DNA of 33,193 nt, from NCBI GenBank assembly GCA_038125345.1, contig JAYPDR010000005.1:1-33193 (forward strand), given 5' to 3'. Positions 26,749-33,193 of the stretch are shown here, piece after piece. The position numbers and the translations under genes are program-made. Source of the stretch: Marinoscillum sp. Its GTDB lineage: Bacteria; Bacteroidota; Bacteroidia; Cytophagales; MED-G16. The notes beneath the pieces were generated by a model. That model saw nothing but the letters and a program-made list of their open reading frames with translations, made no database searches and had not been told where the DNA came from. Positions within the stretch are counted from its first letter, which is position 1. Each line of letters opens with the position of its first letter.

Positions 26749-27423
26749 ATGATAGAAGTATATAACCTCTCAAAAATTTATAATCCTGGAAAATTTGAAG
26801 TAAAAGCTGTAAATAATATAAGCACTAATTTTAATTCAGGTGAATTTACTGCTGTAGTTGGACCTTCAGGATCAGGCAAAACAACATTTTTAAATTGTGT
26901 TGGTGGATTAGATTCTCCAACCTCAGGAGAAGTAATTATTTCTGGAGAGAATATATCAAAATTATCTGGCCACAAAATTATTGAATATAGATTAAAAAAT
27001 ATTGGATTTGTTTTTCAAGCATATAATTTAATACCTGTTTTATCAGCCAAAGAAAATATAGAGATGATAATGCTACTTCAGGGAAAAGATGAGAAAACAA
27101 GAAAAAACAGGACTGATGAACTTTTAAATCAAGTTGGATTATATGATATGAGAAATAGAAGACCATCAGAATTATCTGGTGGTCAACAACAAAGAGTTGC
27201 TGTAGCTAGAGCTCTCGCTTCCAAACCTCAGTTTGTTCTCGCAGATGAGCCAACTGCTAATTTAGATAGTGCATCTACCACTAACTTACTTGATATTATG
27301 AATAAATTAAATCAAAGTGAAGGAATTACATTTATTTTTTCTACTCATGATCAGAGAGTGATAGAAAGAGCAAAAAGAGTAGTTACGCTTGAAGATGGAA
27401 TAATTGTTAATGATAAAGAATAA
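26749..27423 (+). CDS. ABC transporter ATP-binding protein (LolD-like)
   Basis: Walker A GPSGSGKT, IGFVFQAYNL, LSGGQQQRVA, ADEPTANLD, STHD. Confidence 0.95.
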   Translation: MIEVYNLSKIYNPGKFEVKAVNNISTNFNSGEFTAVVGPSGSGKTTFLNCVGGLDSPTSGEVIISGENISKLSGHKIIEYRLKNIGFVFQAYNLIPVLSAKENIEMIMLLQGKDEKTRKNRTDELLNQVGLYDMRNRRPSELSGGQQQRVAVARALASKPQFVLADEPTANLDSASTTNLLDIMNKLNQSEGITFIFSTHDQRVIERAKRVVTLEDGIIVNDKE

Positions 27424-28543
27424 TTTTATTTTTTTTATTTTCCTTTTCATATTTTCCTTTGATGCTTTATCAAAAGAAAAAAAAGCTTCATTTGAACTTA
27501 ATGGTTATTTGAAATATTTACCTTCTCTAATGAACTATAGCTTTTTTGATTCAGAGTTCAACAATTTAATACATAGTAGAATAAATTCAAGAGGAAATTT
27601 TGGAGAAAACCTCATAATAGGGTTTGAGTTAAGAAATAGATTAATTATTGGAGATTCACCTCAATTACAAGATGACAAAGGTTTAGTTGATATGTCATTT
27701 AATTTAATAAATGATAAAAACATTTTATTTAATACTATGATTGATAGATTTTGGATTAAATATCAAAAAGAAAAATTAGAAATTATTATTGGCAGGCAAA
27801 GAGTTAACTGGGGAGTAAATTCTATCTGGAATAATAACGATTTATTTAATGCTTATAACTTTATTGATTTTGATTATATTGAAAGACCTGGATCGGATGT
27901 TGTAAGAATGATTTATACCGGAGATAATCTTTCAAGTTTTGAGATTGTTTACATGCCCAAAAAGAGATTTAGCATTGGAAATGTTTTTGCTGGAATGTAC
28001 AAATTCAATTTTTATAAATACGATTTTCAAATTCTAGCAGCAAATTATTATGAGGATTTTGTTTTGGGGTCTGGATGGGCTGGAAATTTTTTTAATGCTG
28101 GTTTTAAAGGTGAAATATCTTATTTTTTTGATAAAAATAAATTTAAAAATTCATTGAGCCTTTCCTCATCAATTGATTATTCTACTAAAAAAGGATGGTA
28201 TTTTTTAGCCTCATATCTACTTAATTCTAATGGATTTACTGAATCTAATTTCTTGAGTCTCATTAATATAAATAATAATATTTTATCTGCTAAAAATCTT
28301 ATGCCATCAAAGCACTCATATTTAATTCAAATTTCAAAATCAATATCTCCTCCTGTTAATGCCTCAATGTCAATATTATACGGACAAGGAATAAAACTAC
28401 TTTTTTTATCTCCTAATATTTCTTATGAAATAAATTCTAGAGTAGATGCAGGATTAATAGGACAATTCTTTTATTTAGATAATTTTGGTGATTTTAAAAA
28501 TATATTAAAAGGATATTTTTTACAGATGAGATATAGCTTTTAA
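27410..28543 (+). CDS. Probable outer-membrane beta-barrel protein
   Basis: Signal peptide; IDRFW, GRQRVNWG...WN.NDLFN, FDYIERPGSD; alternating aromatic C-terminal strand ending MRYSF. Confidence 0.75.
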   Translation: MIKNNFIFFIFLFIFSFDALSKEKKASFELNGYLKYLPSLMNYSFFDSEFNNLIHSRINSRGNFGENLIIGFELRNRLIIGDSPQLQDDKGLVDMSFNLINDKNILFNTMIDRFWIKYQKEKLEIIIGRQRVNWGVNSIWNNNDLFNAYNFIDFDYIERPGSDVVRMIYTGDNLSSFEIVYMPKKRFSIGNVFAGMYKFNFYKYDFQILAANYYEDFVLGSGWAGNFFNAGFKGEISYFFDKNKFKNSLSLSSSIDYSTKKGWYFLASYLLNSNGFTESNFLSLININNNILSAKNLMPSKHSYLIQISKSISPPVNASMSILYGQGIKLLFLSPNISYEINSRVDAGLIGQFFYLDNFGDFKNILKGYFLQMRYSF

Positions 28544-28544
28544 T

Positions 28545-29048
28545 TCAGTTTTTTTCTTTCCACATCTCATAATCAGCTTCATTCACCATATATCCCCAAT
28601 GGAGAAGAGATTGCCTAACAGCTAGAGAAAATGATTGATCTTTGACAGATGTTTGTTTTTTATGAATTTTAGAATAAATATAATTTCTCCATCTTCCTTT
28701 TTCACCACAAAAATTATTCCACCTTTGAATTTGTCTTTTATCATCTTCAGTCTTCCTACCTAAGTAATATCTACAATACCATTGAAACCATCCTCTTGGG
28801 TCTTGGGGATGAATCCATCCTTTTTCCTCCCATTCCCCTTGAGATAAACCTGATTTTACATTAAAATAATTTACCTTCTTAAGGTACTTTTCAGACATGA
28901 AATAAGATTTATCCAAATTTTCAAACCAATTCGAAGGGAATTCTTTATAATCAATATCAATTTTACCTCCTTCATTATTAAAATAAATGCCTCCAAAAGA
29001 ACCCATTTGTATTACTTCTTTAGGTGTGAGGTTGGGTGAAAAATTCAT
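28545..29048 (-). CDS. Conserved hypothetical protein (PTHR37948/Bll5189-like)
   Basis: F.PNLTP.E....GSFGG.YF, NYF.VK.G, W..KGWI..QDPRGWFQWYCRYY.GR...DD.RQI.RW, RQ.LLHW. Confidence 0.75.
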   Translation of the reverse strand: MNFSPNLTPKEVIQMGSFGGIYFNNEGGKIDIDYKEFPSNWFENLDKSYFMSEKYLKKVNYFNVKSGLSQGEWEEKGWIHPQDPRGWFQWYCRYYLGRKTEDDKRQIQRWNNFCGEKGRWRNYIYSKIHKKQTSVKDQSFSLAVRQSLLHWGYMVNEADYEMWKEKN

Positions 29049-29050
29049 AA

Positions 29051-29209
29051 CTAATTTATTTTTTCTAACTGAGATAAAATCTCATTAGCTTCTGCTAATT
29101 TCTTATCACTCTCTTTTCTGCTAGTATTAGAGAGTTTGTATGACTCTTTTAGGAGTCTGTTATATTTCGAAAGTAATTTTTCTTTCTTCGATTTAAATAA
29201 TCCAAACAT
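29051..29209 (-). CDS. Lacal_2735-family small protein
   Basis: Not in the ORF track. MFGLFKSKKEKLLSKYNRLLKESYKLSNTSRKESDKKLAEANEILSQLEKIN* matches the MFGLFK...EKL...Y..L..E.YKLS...R..SD.K..EA pattern. Confidence 0.85.
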   Translation of the reverse strand: MFGLFKSKKEKLLSKYNRLLKESYKLSNTSRKESDKKLAEANEILSQLEKIN

Positions 29210-29242
29210 ATTTTTTTTTACGAAGGAAGAAATGAATAGTTT

Positions 29243-29575
29243 TTATAAGGTTTTTTGAGGTAGTGGATTTTCATCTCCAAAATATACTATTTCACAATTA
29301 CAATCCATTTTAATATATTTTTCAGAAATTTTTGATGTATTTGTATCAAAATATGTCAAGTAAAATGTCCAGTCTTCTAATAAAATAACTCCATCAGAGG
29401 GTAGTCTAGAACCTAATTTAAATATCTTTTGAGAAATAAATTGCTCGCAATTCCTTGGATGAGAATAATAACAATTTTTCTCTTCTTTATTTATAGAATT
29501 ACAACTATTTGTAAAAAAAATCAGTAGAATACCAAAGAATACAAATAAGTTGAATTTATTAGATAAAAATTTCAT
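29243..29575 (-). CDS. Hypothetical Cys-containing lipoprotein
   Basis: MKFLSNKFNLFVFFGILLIFFTNSC signal with lipobox-like Cys; four further Cys. Start chosen at ATG 29575. Confidence 0.5.
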   Translation of the reverse strand: MKFLSNKFNLFVFFGILLIFFTNSCNSINKEEKNCYYSHPRNCEQFISQKIFKLGSRLPSDGVILLEDWTFYLTYFDTNTSKISEKYIKMDCNCEIVYFGDENPLPQKTL

Positions 29576-29813
29576 TTTGTTGATATTAGTTCTTTGGAGC
29601 TTGCCTAGCACATATTTTAGAAACAAATTTAGAAAAATTGTTTATAATACAAATGACTGGAAAATTAACATAAAACCTTTATTTAAGAAAGAGATTATAG
29701 CCCTTTTCTCAAATATTTATCCTAATAATACCGAGTATTTAAAAGTTAGAAATTTTTATAGATTTTATCTTTTGATCTATTTATCAATCTTTTTAATCTA
29801 TTCATTTATATGA
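29550..29813 (+). CDS. Small hypothetical membrane protein
   Basis: W.LP.TYFR.KFRKIVY.T.DW.INIKP.F.KE...RNFYRFYL; hydrophobic ends; ATGA coupling to the next gene; TTG start. Confidence 0.7.
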   Translation: MNLLDKNFILLILVLWSLPSTYFRNKFRKIVYNTNDWKINIKPLFKKEIIALFSNIYPNNTEYLKVRNFYRFYLLIYLSIFLIYSFI

Positions 29814-30232
29814 AACTATTGATATTTATACACCTCTTATCAAATAGCTTTCTTTTAGCTATTATTTACCAAACCCAACTTATTACATACCCAACTTTCT
29901 TAGAAATAAGTCCAAAGAAATTCAATAAATATCACAAAAATTATGTGAATGTTATAACTTATTTAGTTGCTCCTTTTATGGTTCTAGAATTATCAACTCT
30001 CGTTGTTATTATTTATAATAATAAAGGTTTCTTATTAATTAAATCTTTATTGACATTGATAGTAATTTGGTTGGTTACATTTATTGTTATGGTGCCCATT
30101 CATAATAATATCTCTAAAAAATATAAATCATCACAAATTAGGAGATTAATAAATTATAATTGGATAAGAACCATCCTATGGACTTTAAAATTTATTGTTG
30201 TTTTTTATATATTATATGATGAAATTATCTGA
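29810..30232 (+). CDS. Four-TM membrane protein (DUF1772/anthrone-oxygenase-like hypothetical)
   Basis: QL..YP.F, YH..Y, V.P.M.LE, TF...VP.H, RL...NWIRT..W. Confidence 0.7.
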   Translation: MKLLIFIHLLSNSFLLAIIYQTQLITYPTFLEISPKKFNKYHKNYVNVITYLVAPFMVLELSTLVVIIYNNKGFLLIKSLLTLIVIWLVTFIVMVPIHNNISKKYKSSQIRRLINYNWIRTILWTLKFIVVFYILYDEII

Positions 30233-30485
30233 TTCAGAAATTGATAGAATTATTCAGATGTGTTGGGAAGATAGAACTCCATTTGATATGATTAAAAAAC
30301 AATTTAATTTGACTGAAAAAGAAATTATTTCTGTGATGAGAAATAATTTAAAAGAAAAATCTTTCATAAGATGGAGAAAAAGAGTTGATTCGAGAAAGAC
30401 CAAACACATGATTTCAAGTCAAAGTGAAATGAAAAGATTTAAATCTGCCGCTCAAAAACAAATTTCATTTAACAAATCAAAATAA
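30219..30485 (+). CDS. TIGR03643 (DUF2805) family protein
   Basis: IDRIIQMCWEDRTPFD.IK.QF.L.EKE....MR..LK..SF..WRKRV..RKTKH. Start 30216 or 30219. Confidence 0.9.
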   Translation: MKLSDSEIDRIIQMCWEDRTPFDMIKKQFNLTEKEIISVMRNNLKEKSFIRWRKRVDSRKTKHMISSQSEMKRFKSAAQKQISFNKSK

Positions 30486-30535
30486 TTTTAGCCATATTCT
30501 AATCTTATCAATTTAAGATTTATATTGTTATTACT

Positions 30536-30543
30536 TATATTCG
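30536..30543 (+). promoter_or_regulatory. Bacteroidota -7 element TATATTCG
   Basis: One-mismatch variant of TAnnTTTG, 19 nt upstream of the M16 peptidase ATG. Confidence 0.5.
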
Positions 30544-30562
30544 TAAAAATTAAGAAATTACC

Positions 30563-31876
30563 ATGAGAAAGTTCTATCTAATTATTCTTTCATTTTTATT
30601 TCATATCTCTCTATTTTCTCAAAATGTAGATTTTATAGAATATGATTTAGATAATGGAATGCACGTTATCCTTCATCAAGATAAATCAGTCCCAATTGCT
30701 GTGACTTCAATTATGTATCATGTAGGAGCAAAAGATGAAGATCCTGAAAGAACTGGTTTTGCTCATTTTTTTGAGCATCTTCTATTCGAAGGGACAAAAA
30801 ATATTGAAAGAGGTGAAATGGATAAAATAATTGAGAGAAATGGAGGATCTTACAATGCTAATACTACTCAAGACAGGACATATTACTACGAACTCTTACC
30901 ATCTAATAAAGTTGAGCTTGGTTTATGGATAGAGTCAGAGAGATTATTACATCCTGTTATTAATCAGATTGGGGTAGATACTCAAAATGAAGTTGTTAAG
31001 GAAGAAAAGAGATTAAGGGTAGACAACTCTCCTTATGGTCAGCTGTTAGAGCAAATAGTTCAAGGTTTATTTGTAAAACACCCTTATAGATGGACAACTA
31101 TAGGCTCAATGGATCATCTTGATGCAGCAACACTTGAAGAGTTCTTAGAATTCAAAGAAAAGTTTTATGTCCCAAATAATGCTGTTTTAGTAGTTGCTGG
31201 AAATTTTGATATAGATGATATTAAAGTTAAAGTACAAGATTATTTTGGACCAATTCCAAGAGGTAATGATGTACCAAGGGTTAATGTTGTTGAAGATCCG
31301 TTAAATGGGGAGAAAAAAAGATCATTTAATGATCCTAATATTCAAATACCTATGGGTCTAGTATCCTACAGAACTCCTTCGATGAAAAGTAGAGATGCAT
31401 ACGTTCTTGATATGATTTCTTCTATTTTAAGTGGAGGTAAAAGTTCTAGACTCTATAAAAAAATGGTAGATGAAAAAAAAATATCATTGCAAGTACAAGC
31501 AGTAAATCTTTCTCTTGAGGATTATGGAGCTTATGTCATTTTATCTTTACCCGTTGGAGAAAATTCATTAAAAACATTATACGAGAATATTGACGAAGAA
31601 ATTGAAGTGCTAAAGTCTGAACTTATAACTGAGAGGGAATATGAAAAATTGCAAAATGTTTTTGAAAATAATTTTGTGAATTCCAACGCATCAATGGCTG
31701 GAATTGCAAACTCATTAGCAAGAAATTATATGTTATATGGAGACACAGATTTAATTAATTCTACAATAGAAATTTATAGATCTATTACAAGAGAAGAAAT
31801 TAAAGATGTTGCAAATAGATATTTAAATAATAATAACCGAGTTCTTATTGACTATTTGCCAAAAGACTCACAATAG
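30563..31876 (+). CDS. M16 (pitrilysin/insulinase) zinc peptidase, catalytic subunit
   Basis: Signal peptide; LDNG, GFAHFFEHLLF (HXXEH), NANT..DRTYY, VVKEEKR, HPY, FY.PNNA. Confidence 0.95.
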   Translation: MRKFYLIILSFLFHISLFSQNVDFIEYDLDNGMHVILHQDKSVPIAVTSIMYHVGAKDEDPERTGFAHFFEHLLFEGTKNIERGEMDKIIERNGGSYNANTTQDRTYYYELLPSNKVELGLWIESERLLHPVINQIGVDTQNEVVKEEKRLRVDNSPYGQLLEQIVQGLFVKHPYRWTTIGSMDHLDAATLEEFLEFKEKFYVPNNAVLVVAGNFDIDDIKVKVQDYFGPIPRGNDVPRVNVVEDPLNGEKKRSFNDPNIQIPMGLVSYRTPSMKSRDAYVLDMISSILSGGKSSRLYKKMVDEKKISLQVQAVNLSLEDYGAYVILSLPVGENSLKTLYENIDEEIEVLKSELITEREYEKLQNVFENNFVNSNASMAGIANSLARNYMLYGDTDLINSTIEIYRSITREEIKDVANRYLNNNNRVLIDYLPKDSQ

Positions 31877-31889
31877 AAAATAATTTAAA

Positions 31890-33158
31890 ATGAAAAAGAT
31901 CTCATTAGTTTTAATTTTTATACTTTTTTCAAGTATAGTTTTTGCTCAGATAGATAGGACAAAACCTCCTCAATCTGGACCAGCTCCTGAAATTAATTTA
32001 GGAAAACCTAAAACCTTTTCTCTAAAAAATGGACTCAAAGTTATAGTTGTTGAAAATTCAAAATTGCCTAGAGCATTTGCTAATCTTGAAATTGATAATT
32101 ACCCAGATTATGAAGGTAAATTAAAAGGTGTCTCAAATATGGTTAGCTCAATGATGGGTAATGGCACAGAAAATCAGTCTAAGGAAGAATATAATGAAGA
32201 GATAGATTATATGGGCGCTACTCTCTTTCTCTCTTCAAGTGGTGGATATGTTTCTTCATTGAAAAGATATTTTCCAAGGGTTTTAGAGATGATGTCAGAT
32301 GGATTACTTAATCCGATTTTTACCCAGGAAGATTTTGATAAAGAAAAAAATATTCTTTTAGATAATATAAAGTCTGTTCAAAAAAGTGTACCCGATATTG
32401 CTGATCAGGTAACAGGAAAATTATTTTATGGGTCAAATCATCCTTTCGGAGAGTTTTCAACAGAGCAAACAGTTAATAATATTTCCTTACAAGATGTTGT
32501 GAAGTATTATGAGACTTTTGCAAAACCGAATAATTCTTATCTCACAATTGTAGGTGATGTTAATTATGAAGAAGTTAAATCATTAGTTGAGTCATTATTT
32601 GGAAAATGGAAAAAAGGAAAATTACCAAGATATGAAATGCCAGTTGTTGGTGATGTTCAAAAATCAGAAATTAATTTCATTGATATGTCAAATGCTGTTC
32701 AATCTGAAATTACAGTTGGAAATATCATAAATATATCTATGTCAGATCCTGATTTTTTTGCTTTAAGGTTAGCAAATCAAATTTTAGGAGGTTCTGGAGG
32801 TAGATTATATGAAAATCTAAGAGAAGATAAAGGGTTTACTTATGGTGCTTACTCCTCTGCATCAACAAGCAGATATGTTAGTACATTTTTAGCAAGTGCT
32901 AGCGTCAGGAATGAAGTTACTGATAGTGCAGTCACTGAAATAGTTAATGAAATTTTTAGAATTAATTCTGAGGATGTCTCTGAATCTAAACTAGAGTCAG
33001 TGAAGCAAAAGTTTGTTGGTAATTTTATTATGTCAACAGAGCAGCCCTCAACTATTGCAAATTTTGCAACAAACATTGATAAGTATAATTTATCTTCTGA
33101 CACTCTCAGGGTGGCTAACGTCATAGACTACTCTAGTAACCTCACTTTTTTTTACTAG
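31890..33158 (+). CDS. M16 peptidase partner subunit (no HXXEH); 3' end truncated or replaced after about 33100
   Basis: QIDR..PP.SGPAP.I, LKNGLKV, RLYENLREDKGFTYGAYS; M16-like sequence stops at YNLSSD. Confidence 0.85.
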   Translation: MKKISLVLIFILFSSIVFAQIDRTKPPQSGPAPEINLGKPKTFSLKNGLKVIVVENSKLPRAFANLEIDNYPDYEGKLKGVSNMVSSMMGNGTENQSKEEYNEEIDYMGATLFLSSSGGYVSSLKRYFPRVLEMMSDGLLNPIFTQEDFDKEKNILLDNIKSVQKSVPDIADQVTGKLFYGSNHPFGEFSTEQTVNNISLQDVVKYYETFAKPNNSYLTIVGDVNYEEVKSLVESLFGKWKKGKLPRYEMPVVGDVQKSEINFIDMSNAVQSEITVGNIINISMSDPDFFALRLANQILGGSGGRLYENLREDKGFTYGAYSSASTSRYVSTFLASASVRNEVTDSAVTEIVNEIFRINSEDVSESKLESVKQKFVGNFIMSTEQPSTIANFATNIDKYNLSSDTLRVANVIDYSSNLTFFY

Positions 33159-33193
33159 CAGAAAATTTTTTAAATTGAAAAAAACTAGTTAAA

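Noticed and set aside
23024-27166. Minus-strand ORFs 23024..23263, 24493..24741, 26778..26975 and 26978..27166
   Set aside because: Overlap established genes in other frames or strands; no protein-like features.
32849-33124. 91-aa minus-strand ORF
   Set aside because: Antisense of the M16 gene, starting in the suspected chimeric tail.
1-33193. CRISPR arrays, tRNA/rRNA, riboswitches, transposases, integrases
   Set aside because: Intergenic gaps are short and AT-rich, with no spaced repeats, cloverleafs or recognisable aptamer cores; no recombinase-like ORFs. An Infernal/Rfam scan would be needed for certainty.
1-33193. Poly-A/T runs of 7-9 nt as phase-variation tracts
   Set aside because: Expected at this AT content, and the genes containing them are in frame.

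Overview
A compact, very AT-rich chromosomal segment that looks like a streamlined marine Flavobacteriaceae (Bacteroidota) genome. The evidence for this is TAnnTT(T/C)G -7 promoter motifs, TonB-dependent receptors, a T9SS C-terminal-domain remnant and two photolyase/cryptochrome genes. Left part: end of a YqaA-type gene, thrB-thrC, a SnoaL+ABM fusion lipoprotein, a membrane protein, a purple-acid-type phosphatase, ribokinase and nucleoside hydrolase, and a collapsed pseudogene of a T9SS-secreted protein. Next is a tightly coupled minus-strand light/UV cluster (GIY-YIG nuclease, SRPBCC, SDR, flavin reductase, DUF2256, Fe-S-less (6-4)-photolyase-type protein, cry-DASH, three small membrane proteins). 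Middle: DUF1295, dCMP deaminase, a Tat-exported TIM-barrel isomerase, and a His/Cys-rich leader ending in RAPP that heads a lipoprotein + TonB-receptor cluster. Right part: DoxX-like gene, a LolA-like/FtsX/FtsX/ABC/beta-barrel operon, several small genes (Lacal_2735, TIGR03643, a PTHR37948-like protein) and an M16 peptidase pair whose second gene is cut by a probable chimeric junction at the window end. The best candidate for an under-described system is the RAPP arrest-peptide-type metal-sensing leader controlling the uptake cluster at 16.3-20 kb. No RNA genes, CRISPR arrays or mobile elements were seen. All family calls come from recalled motifs; no database searches were run.
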